In this document: positions 46,675-55,170 of the stretch, piece after piece
Layout of the letters: every line of letters starts with the position of its first letter
Numbering within the stretch: the stretch's first letter is position 1
DNA from: Verrucomicrobiales bacterium
GTDB taxonomy: Bacteria > Verrucomicrobiota > Verrucomicrobiia > Verrucomicrobiales > DEV007
Reading direction: 5' to 3'
Assembly (NCBI GenBank): GCA_024638765.1
Contig: JAHEJT010000004.1
Coordinates: 174-64,173, forward strand
DNA length: 64,000 bases
Notes under the pieces: model-generated
What the model saw: only the letters and a program-made list of their open reading frames with translations
What the model was told of the DNA's origin: nothing
The model's database searches: none
Made by a program: the position numbers and the translations under genes

Positions 46675-47578
46675 TTGGCTCAAATCGTTTCTGCGTCCGC
46701 TCTTCTCGAAGGTTCATTACGAATCCTGGGAGTGGGTCCTGATGCGCCTGGCCTTCGCCTGGTTCGGCATATACGGGGGCACTGCTTTCAATCTCGACAG
46801 ACAGGCCCAGCCTGATCCCGCCGGGATCGCCCGGTTCCTGGATATCACCTGGATCACCTCGACCCCCTGGCAACCGATCCTGACGTTTGCCCTCTACGTC
46901 TTGCTTTTCCTCTACTGCATTAACCGGCTTCCCTTGCTCGCGACCGCCGGACTCCTCGCTATCCACACGTTATACGGCACACTCGGGAATTCCCAGGGCG
47001 CCACCCATCACCACACGCAAATCGTCGGCTTCATTCTTCTCGGCCAGGTCCTCGCGCATCTCTACTGGAAGATCCGTCGCCGCCACGATGATTCGCTCTC
47101 GGGACCAACGCCCCCCTCCTCGCTGATCTATCTGTCCCAACAACTCATCGCCGCCGGTTACGTGGCTTCAGCCTTCAGCAAACTGATCCGCTCCCGCGGC
47201 CACTGGATCGCCGACACCGTGCATTTCCCGGTCCAACTGGCGAAAGGACGCGACAAGCAATACTATGATTTCCTCGTGGAAACTCCGGCCGCACCCGGTG
47301 ACTGGCTGATTCGTTTCGTCACCGATTACCCTGCGCTCGCGAAAACTTTCCTGGGGACCGGGTTATTCCTGGAACTGTTCGCTTTCCTCGCGCTCATGAA
47401 CCGGCCTTTCCTCGCCTTTTTCGGGGTCGCCCTTTATGGGATGCACGCGACCATTAGCGAACTCATGGGCCTGGGATTCGGCTTGAATAAGGTCGCGCTG
47501 CTCATTTTCTTCGTCAACGTCCCGTGGTGGCTGTTGCGGCTCTTCGAGTCCATGCGCGGAGAAACGACGCCCCGCTAG
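46667..47578 (+). CDS. Polytopic membrane protein (hypothetical)
   Basis: ORF 46532..47578 trimmed to ATG 46667. At least 6 hydrophobic segments. Confidence 0.5.
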   Translation: MPDWLKSFLRPLFSKVHYESWEWVLMRLAFAWFGIYGGTAFNLDRQAQPDPAGIARFLDITWITSTPWQPILTFALYVLLFLYCINRLPLLATAGLLAIHTLYGTLGNSQGATHHHTQIVGFILLGQVLAHLYWKIRRRHDDSLSGPTPPSSLIYLSQQLIAAGYVASAFSKLIRSRGHWIADTVHFPVQLAKGRDKQYYDFLVETPAAPGDWLIRFVTDYPALAKTFLGTGLFLELFAFLALMNRPFLAFFGVALYGMHATISELMGLGFGLNKVALLIFFVNVPWWLLRLFESMRGETTPR

Positions 47579-47789
47579 TGTGGTGTCCCGGAAATAATGT
47601 GACATGGGGCGCGAGTAATTTTTTTCAAATTCGAGGCGCGAGGAGGTCGCGGAGCCCGCTCCGCGACCAACGAGCGACGAAGAGGTTGGGAAAAAGGGCC
47701 GCGCATTCTTAATCAATGCGAGCGAAGCGAGGTGATTCTAAAATCGTTCAATACTTTTTATGTTGCAGGATTTCCGGGACACCCCGCTA
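47576..47789. repeat. 20-nt inverted repeat (18/20 match) whose two arms each begin with the TAG stop codon of a convergent gene
   Basis: 47576..47595 is TAGTGTGGTGTCCCGGAAAT. The reverse complement of 47770..47789 is TAGCGGGGTGTCCCGGAAAT. A 10-bp-stem hairpin GGTCGCGGAG-CCCG-CTCCGCGACC lies inside at 47645..47668. Confidence 0.8.
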
Positions 47790-49283
47790 AGGCAACCGGT
47801 TCAGGGTGTAATACCCCTGCGGATGCAGCACGGGATCGCCCGCTTTCGACCGCACCCCCAGGGCGTGCAACTCGTGCACGTACCCTTCCCGCAGATCCTT
47901 GCACACCAGTTCCACCGACATCCCGTCCTTCGACACCCGCGCTTCTTCGATCTTCACATCCTCCGTTTCCACCTCTTCACTGCCGTAGAGTTGGTGATAA
48001 ATGTAGGTGTAACTCGTCATCTCGTAAGAAGTGAGCTTCTCTGCCGCTGCCGCATCCACCGGCTTCGTGAACGTCAAACGAAAGCCGGTGGACATCGCCT
48101 CCATCTTCTCGATTTCGAAAGGCATCTCCCCTGTCCACACCATGCGCTCAAGACCAAAGGATCGCGTCCCCAGAGAATTCCATCCCCGATTGGATTCCCC
48201 CACCATCATTGAGCCGTCCTCGAGGAAAGCCATTTGCAGGACCGCACTTTGGAATCCTCTCCTGAAATGAAAACATGCGCCCTGGTATTCTCCTTTCACC
48301 TTCTCCAGGAACACACGGCTCACAAAAGCCTGCGTGAATTCTCCGACAAAAAACTGATGTGCAAAGGGGCCGAACTTGCCTCCGGAGTCATCCAATACGA
48401 TCCCGGTGGTACTCTGACCGACCTTATTGTAAGGAAACCACACCGCAGGCAGGACGTACCCCGGAATCGTCCGGGAAGCGTCGACCACCGTGAGTCCCTT
48501 CGGAACCGCTCCCGGATGCTCCAGTGGGGATTCAGGCCGCTTCGCGTCCGGCAGGCTTTCGGCGTGTCCGTGAAAGACGCCCTTCCGCAGGTGTACCAGA
48601 GGATTGGTGCCCCAGTAATTCCCCTGCTGATCGGTCGCAAATACGTCGCCCAGGTGATTGACCCCGATACCGAACGGGGATCGCAACCCGCAACTTATCG
48701 GCTCCAGTTTACCACCGGGTTGCATCATCATGGACCAGCCCCGCCAGGGAAATTCCGTGACCCGGTGCCCGGGAATCTCGGTGGGATCGCCGATCGTGAT
48801 GTTCAGCGTGACCCAGAGATTCCCGTCGTGATCGAAGACCGGGCCATACGCGTATTCGTGATAATTTCCGGATACCCCCCACCCCTTTGCCGCCGTCAGG
48901 TATTCGTCCGCAATCCCGTCACCGTCGCCATCGCGCAGCCGAGTGACCTCGCTTCGCTGTGTCGTGTAGAGGGCCCCCTCATGCCAGGTGAGCCCCAGGG
49001 GTTCGTGCAAACCCGATGCAAAGCGCGTGAACTTGGTATTCTCCCTGGTCGGAGGATCCGCTGCCGGATCGTCCAGGATCCAGATCTCTCCTTTCCGGAT
49101 TGCGATCGCCAATTTTCCGTCCGGCAAAGGAGCGAGACCGCTGGCTTCCAGCTTGAGCCCGGCCGGGAGAGGAATCGTAACGATGCGATAGTAATCTGCT
49201 TCCGTGGGTTCGGCCCGTCCCGGGAGCACGCAGGCGAACAGTAGAAGCAATGTTCCGAAAACTCTGTGCCAACGCGTTACCAT
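47787..49283 (-). CDS. Secreted beta-propeller protein of the PVC dehydrogenase-like family (no haem motif of its own)
   Basis: Signal peptide MVTRWHRVFGTLLLLFACVLPGRA. LPDGKLAIAIRKGEIWILDD. The start overlaps the upstream cytochrome gene's stop by 7 nt (ATGGTAA). Confidence 0.7.
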   Translation of the reverse strand: MVTRWHRVFGTLLLLFACVLPGRAEPTEADYYRIVTIPLPAGLKLEASGLAPLPDGKLAIAIRKGEIWILDDPAADPPTRENTKFTRFASGLHEPLGLTWHEGALYTTQRSEVTRLRDGDGDGIADEYLTAAKGWGVSGNYHEYAYGPVFDHDGNLWVTLNITIGDPTEIPGHRVTEFPWRGWSMMMQPGGKLEPISCGLRSPFGIGVNHLGDVFATDQQGNYWGTNPLVHLRKGVFHGHAESLPDAKRPESPLEHPGAVPKGLTVVDASRTIPGYVLPAVWFPYNKVGQSTTGIVLDDSGGKFGPFAHQFFVGEFTQAFVSRVFLEKVKGEYQGACFHFRRGFQSAVLQMAFLEDGSMMVGESNRGWNSLGTRSFGLERMVWTGEMPFEIEKMEAMSTGFRLTFTKPVDAAAAEKLTSYEMTSYTYIYHQLYGSEEVETEDVKIEEARVSKDGMSVELVCKDLREGYVHELHALGVRSKAGDPVLHPQGYYTLNRLP

Positions 49284-51580
49284 TTCACCTCCTCCTCGAT
49301 CACCGCTTCGCCCTTCTTGAACATCACCACCCGCGGCACTGCCTTTTTCCCAAGCCCTCGGAAGTAGATGTCACTCCCCTCTCCTCTCAGCCGAACCGTG
49401 CGCCGCAATTTCTCTCCGTCCGCGCTCGGCGAAAGGGTGTCTTCGACCTGCAGGCCGTCGAATGAATAGAGAAACGTCGGCACGCCGCCGGCATCCAGCC
49501 GGAATCCTCCGAACTCATAACCCGCTTCCGCTCCCGTGCCTTCCGGCCACGCGGTTTCCGCAGTCTCGAGGCGCGCCAGCGGCATCCACAACGGAAATTC
49601 ATTCACCTCGTCGCCCAGCGGCCTGGCCGGAGTCGCTTTGCGTTCGTCCCAGGTGCTCATGGCATCCAGAAACCGGCCGCGCCACGCGATGGCCCAGCGG
49701 ATTTCAAGGGAATCGAAGGCGACATGAACCCCTGCCGGGTAACCGGTGGTGACCGCCTGCATTCCCGCGCCTTCGAGGAAGGTGCGAAAGACGATCGGTT
49801 CCTGGTCCGGCACCAGTTCAAAATCTTCGGTCTTCAAGAGTCCTTCCGGGAGACGGCGCTGATCGATTTCTTTCAAGTAAGTCCAGATTTGTTCCACTTC
49901 CTCTTCGGCTTTTTTCCGACCCAGGAACAGCGGCGGCATCAGGGTCCCCGGCAGGACGCCCTGGGGATCGAGCAGCAATTCTTTGAAGAACCCGGGCTGG
50001 AGCCGGTTCACGGTGTGCGTCAGGTTGATCGCCGGCGCCCCCAAGGCCTTGGCATCTTTGAGCCCGTGACAAGTGATGCATCCCAATCCGTCGGCCCCGA
50101 GCAAATCCCGGCCGTAATGCCCCCGCTGATGACGTTGCAGTCCGCTGACGTCCATCTCCATGGCAGGCTCGCGCACGTCCGCCGCCGCAAAGCCTGCCGT
50201 CAGCGCACTGACGTTGGCTTCACCGAACGCGGGCATCCGCACCGTCATGTGGGGACGCACCTCACCCCCCTCTCCGAACAGTATCTTCTCCATCCATGAC
50301 CGGGTCAGCTTGCGGCCCACGTGGGTCAGGGAAGGCGGGATATTTCCGAAGTCACCGAGTGAGATCGCAGCGGAGTCAGTCACCCCGAAATAGGCGGCCC
50401 GGGCCAGCTCCGCCCCGCCTTTCCCGTCGCGCGCATGGCAGGCGTAACAGTTGAGTGCGGTCATCACCCGGTCGACGCGCTCCCCGGGTGCGAGCGTCAT
50501 GCGTCCCGCCGGCTTTTTCAGCTTCCTCAGCGCCAGGGTAATGGCTTCCCGCTGGATATAATCGAGGTAATAAAAAGGAATACCCCCGGCCAGAGGTCTC
50601 TCCGAAAGACAACTCCTCTCCGCCGCGGGATCGAGGGCCTCCAGATGCTTGGTCGTCGCCGGGACCGCCCCGGCGCCACTCTTATCAGTCCCCGCGTCGT
50701 GACACGCCACGCAATTCTTTCTCGCGAACACTTTTTCTCCCTCTGCGGCCAGCGCCGGATCGAGCACAAATTCCGGCTCCGTTTCTTCCTCGGCGGGCCA
50801 GCCGGCCTGCAGGTATTTCGCCACGTCAGCGGCTTCCTGGGCGTTCAACTTCATGTCCGGCATCCTGCCCGCGGGACGCACTGCCAGGGGATCCTGCAAA
50901 AAAGCCGCCAGGGCCGCCTCGTCATAGAGATAGGCCATCGCAAGGGGAACCGAAGGAAAACCGGGTAATTCCGGTTCCGTGCCGGGTGGAAAACTTTTGG
51001 GTACGTAACCTTGTTCCACATCGTGACAGGCCACGCATCCCACCTCGTGATAAATCTCTTTGCCCCGCTCGACGTCGCCTGCGGGTAACGGCTCGCGTTT
51101 CAATCCCTTCCGCGAAGCCAGAAAATGGGTGAGCGCTTCGATCGCATCAAGATCCCGGTCCGGTCCGCCGAAGAGACTCGGCATGGTCGTACCCCGCTTC
51201 ACGAAGCGCGGGTTGCGGGCCATCAAGCGAAGATCCGCCGGCTCCAGCCGCTCTCCCACCGAGTGCAGCAGCGGTCCGCTTTTCCCGGGCAATCGCGCGC
51301 GCAAAGATTTATCCTTGGGACGGTGACAAGCGACGCAATTGAGTTCGTTGAGCAGCAGTTCACCGCCCTGCGCCAGGTAATCTTCGCTGTCTTCCTGGAT
51401 GTAGAAATTTTCGAAGCCAGCGACGACAGGGTATTCGATCGATTCAAGGGCATGCGTCGGATGCGCGTCGACAGCGCCCGGTAAAACGAATGCGATCCCC
51501 GTCGCGCAGACAAGAATCCTCGCGACCGGCAAGAGGAAAATCCGCGCCGGATACCGCGTGCTCCGTCCCATCCGCGCCAT
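49277..51580 (-). CDS. Multihaem c-type cytochrome (five CXXCH motifs)
   Basis: CVACHRP, CVACHDV, CVACHDA, CYACHAR, CITCHGL. N-terminal signal/anchor. Confidence 0.85.
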   Translation of the reverse strand: MARMGRSTRYPARIFLLPVARILVCATGIAFVLPGAVDAHPTHALESIEYPVVAGFENFYIQEDSEDYLAQGGELLLNELNCVACHRPKDKSLRARLPGKSGPLLHSVGERLEPADLRLMARNPRFVKRGTTMPSLFGGPDRDLDAIEALTHFLASRKGLKREPLPAGDVERGKEIYHEVGCVACHDVEQGYVPKSFPPGTEPELPGFPSVPLAMAYLYDEAALAAFLQDPLAVRPAGRMPDMKLNAQEAADVAKYLQAGWPAEEETEPEFVLDPALAAEGEKVFARKNCVACHDAGTDKSGAGAVPATTKHLEALDPAAERSCLSERPLAGGIPFYYLDYIQREAITLALRKLKKPAGRMTLAPGERVDRVMTALNCYACHARDGKGGAELARAAYFGVTDSAAISLGDFGNIPPSLTHVGRKLTRSWMEKILFGEGGEVRPHMTVRMPAFGEANVSALTAGFAAADVREPAMEMDVSGLQRHQRGHYGRDLLGADGLGCITCHGLKDAKALGAPAINLTHTVNRLQPGFFKELLLDPQGVLPGTLMPPLFLGRKKAEEEVEQIWTYLKEIDQRRLPEGLLKTEDFELVPDQEPIVFRTFLEGAGMQAVTTGYPAGVHVAFDSLEIRWAIAWRGRFLDAMSTWDERKATPARPLGDEVNEFPLWMPLARLETAETAWPEGTGAEAGYEFGGFRLDAGGVPTFLYSFDGLQVEDTLSPSADGEKLRRTVRLRGEGSDIYFRGLGKKAVPRVVMFKKGEAVIEEEVKW

Positions 51581-51588
51581 GCCTCACT

Positions 51589-52167
51589 TCAGGCAGCCAC
51601 GCTGGCGGCCTCGCGCGCTTCCTCCAGTAGCTTGATCCAAGGGCCGATGAAGTGCCCGTGATCGTGAAAAGTGCGGCCGCTCACCAGGTTCCCGTCGATG
51701 ACGCAGGACTCGTTGACGAAGGTCCCGCCGCAGATCTCTAGATCGAACTGGCATTTCGGCACCGTGGCCATCCGCCGGCCCTTGACGCAATCGGCGCGCG
51801 CCGGAATTTCCACCCCATGACACACACTTGCGGCGGGCTTGTTCTTCTCAAAGAAATGCCTGGTGATCCGGATCAGATCCTCGTCGTCCCGGATGTATTC
51901 CGGCGCCCGCCCGCCGCTGAAGAAAATCCCGAGGTAATCGTCTTCGACGACATCCTTGAAGGCGATGTCGGCTTCAATGGTATACCCTTCCCACTCCTTG
52001 GTGATCGTCCAGCCCGGTTTCACTTCGTGCATCACCATCTGGTAAAGGCGCTGTTCCGGAGCGGCCACCACCGGCTCGAAACCGGCCTCGATCAAACGAT
52101 AGTAGGGATACAGCGTGTCCACGGTCTCCGTGGCATCCCCGACAATGATCAGGACTTTCTCGCTCAT
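51589..52167 (-). CDS. DJ-1/PfpI-family protein
   Basis: 192 aa. Nucleophile elbow AASVCHGVE. No signal peptide. Confidence 0.8.
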   Translation of the reverse strand: MSEKVLIIVGDATETVDTLYPYYRLIEAGFEPVVAAPEQRLYQMVMHEVKPGWTITKEWEGYTIEADIAFKDVVEDDYLGIFFSGGRAPEYIRDDEDLIRITRHFFEKNKPAASVCHGVEIPARADCVKGRRMATVPKCQFDLEICGGTFVNESCVIDGNLVSGRTFHDHGHFIGPWIKLLEEAREAASVAA

Positions 52168-52189
52168 AACTTATCTATAACACAGTTGC

Positions 52190-53107
52190 TCACGCCTGTT
52201 TCACCAAATTCTCCAGGTAATTCCGCGACCGGTTAATCTCCGCGGTGATCGCTTCGGCGCTATCAAGGATCGGAATCCCTCGCGGCACCGGGTGCATGAA
52301 TATCTCGGTAAACCCGCGGTAATCGATTTTCTTGAGAGCCTCTACGAGGGGATTAAAGTCGAGATCGCCCCGCCCCGGCATTTGCAGAAGCTCCTGCGCC
52401 TTGGGCAGCTGTTCTTTCGAACCCATTCCGTGCTGCTGCGCGTAAAAGAAAGCCGTCTTGTCACCGAGCGTTGCAATCAGTTTCCCCTGCATCTCCCCGT
52501 CCTGCGGCAGATGATGCGGTGCAAAGGCAATGCCCAGGTGTTGCGAAGTCGCGTGCTCCGCGAACCACTTCATGGAATCGGGACTGCTGACCAGGCTGTT
52601 CGCGTGGTTCTCGACGGCGATCGTGACGCCGTGCGCCTCCGCCACCGCCACGTGCGGCTGCATTTTTTTGCAAAACTCGGCGACCGCCTTCTTCAATTCC
52701 GCGCCCTCGAGACCCTTGGGACCCCGGGAACCACACACCATGACCGGGCATCCGAACCGCTTGGCCACCGGCATCTCTTCCTCCAATCCAAACGGCCCGA
52801 GATTGTAATGCGTGAGCACACCCAACTTGACATCGTGCTCCTTCAATAGGGCTTCAAACGCATCCAGCCCCATCTCCGTAATCTGCTCTCGCTGGTTCCC
52901 ATGCTTCAACGGCCAGATGTCGATGTGCCCCGCCCCGACCTTGCGCACTTCCGGCAGGATCTCCGCCAGCGGCATTGTCCCGAACATGGCCGACGAGAGA
53001 ATGTAGCGCAGGGAGAAAGTGTCGGGCACTCCCCGGAGCTGCGATGGACCCCCCAACGTGGAGGCGCTTCCCAACGCGAGAGTTTGCAGAAAATGACGGC
53101 GATTCAT
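52190..53107 (-). CDS. TAT-exported xylose-isomerase-like TIM-barrel protein
   Basis: MNRRHFLQTLALGSASTLGG. AVENH. The RBS-like sequence AGGAGGAG lies upstream. Confidence 0.75.
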   Translation of the reverse strand: MNRRHFLQTLALGSASTLGGPSQLRGVPDTFSLRYILSSAMFGTMPLAEILPEVRKVGAGHIDIWPLKHGNQREQITEMGLDAFEALLKEHDVKLGVLTHYNLGPFGLEEEMPVAKRFGCPVMVCGSRGPKGLEGAELKKAVAEFCKKMQPHVAVAEAHGVTIAVENHANSLVSSPDSMKWFAEHATSQHLGIAFAPHHLPQDGEMQGKLIATLGDKTAFFYAQQHGMGSKEQLPKAQELLQMPGRGDLDFNPLVEALKKIDYRGFTEIFMHPVPRGIPILDSAEAITAEINRSRNYLENLVKQA

Positions 53108-53191
53108 AATCGGACTCCTCCTATAAACGAGACGAGAATAAGAAATCTTTCGCTCTCAATCCACGCATAATTTCTACTCGGCCGACGCAAA

Positions 53192-53235
53192 CCCCTGACA
53201 TAACTTGTTACAATTATAACAAGTTATGTCAGGGG
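53192..53235. promoter_or_regulatory. 44-nt near-perfect palindrome between the sulfatase stop and the TIM-barrel operon
   Basis: CCCCTGACATAACTTGTTA-CAATTA-TAACAAGTTATGTCAGGGG: 19-bp arms plus an AATT core, with one mismatched pair. It could be a terminator hairpin, an operator, or both. Confidence 0.6.
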
Positions 53236-53237
53236 CG

Positions 53238-55031
53238 TCACTTCCCTCCCGTGGAGTCCACTTTCCGCAACCAGATCCCATTGAGCCGCATCAACTCATC
53301 CCCCGGCACTTCCACGGCTTCCGCCACGAGCAAAACCCGGCCCTCGGCCAGTTGCAACGTCCCCACCTTCTGCCTTCGAAACACTTCCGGCGTCGCCGTC
53401 GCCCGCACGCGGTGCTCGACGAAATTTCCGTCCGCGGAAATTCGCAGTAATCCCCCCGCATCACTGAATCGGCAGCCGTATCGAATGAGGATCTCGTATT
53501 CGCCTCCGCCCCGGACATCCAGGTTCCATTCGGCTCTCTCTCCCGGCGATTTCCAACCCTCGATCGTGTCCCAGTCATACCCCTGGAAATTGTATTCAAT
53601 CGCGTCCCCGTGCCAGGTCGCCCAGCTCGCTTGAATCTCGACCGGGTTCTCCTCCGGATGACCCACCGGCACGGCAATGGGGCGGTATTCCACCCCCTGC
53701 GTCACTTCCTTAAACCACCGAAGGAACTCTTCGCGCAATCTTTGCACGGTCTCTGGATTCTTTTTTGCGATGTTCGTTTCTTCTGAAGAATCTTTTTCAA
53801 GATCGAAGAGCATCCACTTTGCGGGATCCGGCGTCCCGCCGGTCCCCACCTGGCCCAGCAATTTGTAGCGTTGATCGCTGATCGACCAGCGGTTGTCCGG
53901 GTTCGGAACATACCGGTCCCAGGTGTGATACACATAATCGTGGTGCTTTTTCCCTTTCCCCGCCACCAGCAACGAAAGGAGACTCACGCCGTCGAACTCC
54001 CGGTCCGTGGGCAAATCGACGCCTGCAAGTTCGCAGAGAGTCGGCATGATATCGACGTGCCAAGCCTGGCCGGAGACCACTCCCCCCGCAGGAAACTTGC
54101 CGGGCCAACGCACGAACAGCGGACTCCGCACGCCGCCTTCGTAGACTTGGGCTTTGTTCCCGCGGATGCCTGCCTTGAAAAATTTGCTGACCCCTCCGTT
54201 GTCGCTCATGAACAACACCACGGTGTCTTCTTGCAGGTCGAGCTCCTCGAGCCGGGCCAGGATCCGGCCGATGTTCACGTCGACCCGGTCGACCAGCGAA
54301 TAAATGCGGGCCTCGCGCAGAGGCAGTCCGCGCCCCAGGTATTTCTCGAGGATCTTGTCCCCTTCCGGCTGCCCGTAATGCGAGGTATCGAGAATCCACG
54401 GCGAGTGCGGCGCGTTAAAAGCCAGCACGCAGAAAAAGGGATCCTTGCCGCTCTCCGCGATGAAATCCCCGGCGGCATCTGTGAACAAATCGCTGACATA
54501 ACCCCGGGCCTCCACCGGCCTGCCATTCTCGACGATCTGATCGGGAAACTCGTATCTCTCCATGTGTCCGTGGTAATGCCCGAGGAACCGGTCAAATCCC
54601 CGTTGGTCGGGTTGATACCCGTAATACTTCCCGAGGTGCCACTTGCCGAATAATCCCGTCCGGTATCCGGCTTTTTTCAGAAGCTGGGCCACCGTGATCT
54701 CGCCGATCCCAAGGGTATCCCCGCCGAAACGCGTGTTGTAGAGCCCGGTCCGCAGGTAATAGCGTCCGGTCATCAATCCCGCCCGCGTCGGGGCGCACAC
54801 CGGTGCCGCGTAAAATCGCGAAAAGCGCACGCCCTCCCTTGCCAATCGATCCATGTGCGGCGTGTCGATGTGGGGATTTCCGGAGACACCCGTGTCCCAC
54901 ACCCCTTGGTCATCCGTGATGATGAGGAGAACGTTCGGCTTGGAACCGCACAGATCCTCGGCGCGAGCGATCGACGCGGAAGCAATGCCTAGAGCTGAGA
55001 AAAGAATCCCGACGCTTAGACGGAAATACAT
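53238..55031 (-). CDS. Arylsulfatase (Cys-type) with a C-terminal beta-sandwich-like extension
   Basis: ORF 53238..55157 trimmed to ATG 55031 (MYFRLSVGILFSALGIASASIARA). LLIITDDQG, CAPTRAGLMTGRY, GKWHLG, MSDNGG. Confidence 0.9.
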   Translation of the reverse strand: MYFRLSVGILFSALGIASASIARAEDLCGSKPNVLLIITDDQGVWDTGVSGNPHIDTPHMDRLAREGVRFSRFYAAPVCAPTRAGLMTGRYYLRTGLYNTRFGGDTLGIGEITVAQLLKKAGYRTGLFGKWHLGKYYGYQPDQRGFDRFLGHYHGHMERYEFPDQIVENGRPVEARGYVSDLFTDAAGDFIAESGKDPFFCVLAFNAPHSPWILDTSHYGQPEGDKILEKYLGRGLPLREARIYSLVDRVDVNIGRILARLEELDLQEDTVVLFMSDNGGVSKFFKAGIRGNKAQVYEGGVRSPLFVRWPGKFPAGGVVSGQAWHVDIMPTLCELAGVDLPTDREFDGVSLLSLLVAGKGKKHHDYVYHTWDRYVPNPDNRWSISDQRYKLLGQVGTGGTPDPAKWMLFDLEKDSSEETNIAKKNPETVQRLREEFLRWFKEVTQGVEYRPIAVPVGHPEENPVEIQASWATWHGDAIEYNFQGYDWDTIEGWKSPGERAEWNLDVRGGGEYEILIRYGCRFSDAGGLLRISADGNFVEHRVRATATPEVFRRQKVGTLQLAEGRVLLVAEAVEVPGDELMRLNGIWLRKVDSTGGK

Positions 55032-55044
55032 CACGCCTGTCCTG

Positions 55045-55132
55045 ATTCGCGCTAATTCGTGCTCATTCGTGTTCATTCGTGTCAGAAAATCTTTAAACAC
55101 GAATTTTACGAATTCCACGAATGGCCACGAAT
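55045..55132. repeat. Inverted arrays of the heptamer ATTCGYG / CACGAAT (4 + 4 copies, 9-10-bp phasing) in the 5' leader of the sulfatase gene
   Basis: ATTCGCG, ATTCGTG, ATTCGTG, ATTCGTG start at 55045, 55055, 55065 and 55075. CACGAAT, TACGAAT, CACGAAT, CACGAAT start at 55098, 55107, 55116 and 55126. Confidence 0.9.
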
Positions 55133-55170
55133 AAAAAGAGGCTCCCCGCGCCAGCAAATCCCAATAACGA

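Noticed and set aside
47570-47789. 8-bp direct repeat CCCCGCTA flanking the inverted-repeat module, as a target-site duplication
   Set aside because: The two copies are not placed symmetrically relative to the inverted-repeat ends: the left copy is 4 nt outside its arm and the right copy overlaps its arm. Each copy also overlaps a coding 3' end. A TSD reading is therefore not supported, and no transposase is present.
55045-55132. Possible CRISPR-like array (also considered for 2567..2601, 4532..4553 and 9079..9278)
   Set aside because: The units are only 7-10 nt, with either no spacer or 2-3-nt spacers. There are no 25-40-nt repeats and no cas genes, so these are short tandem or inverted repeats, not CRISPR.
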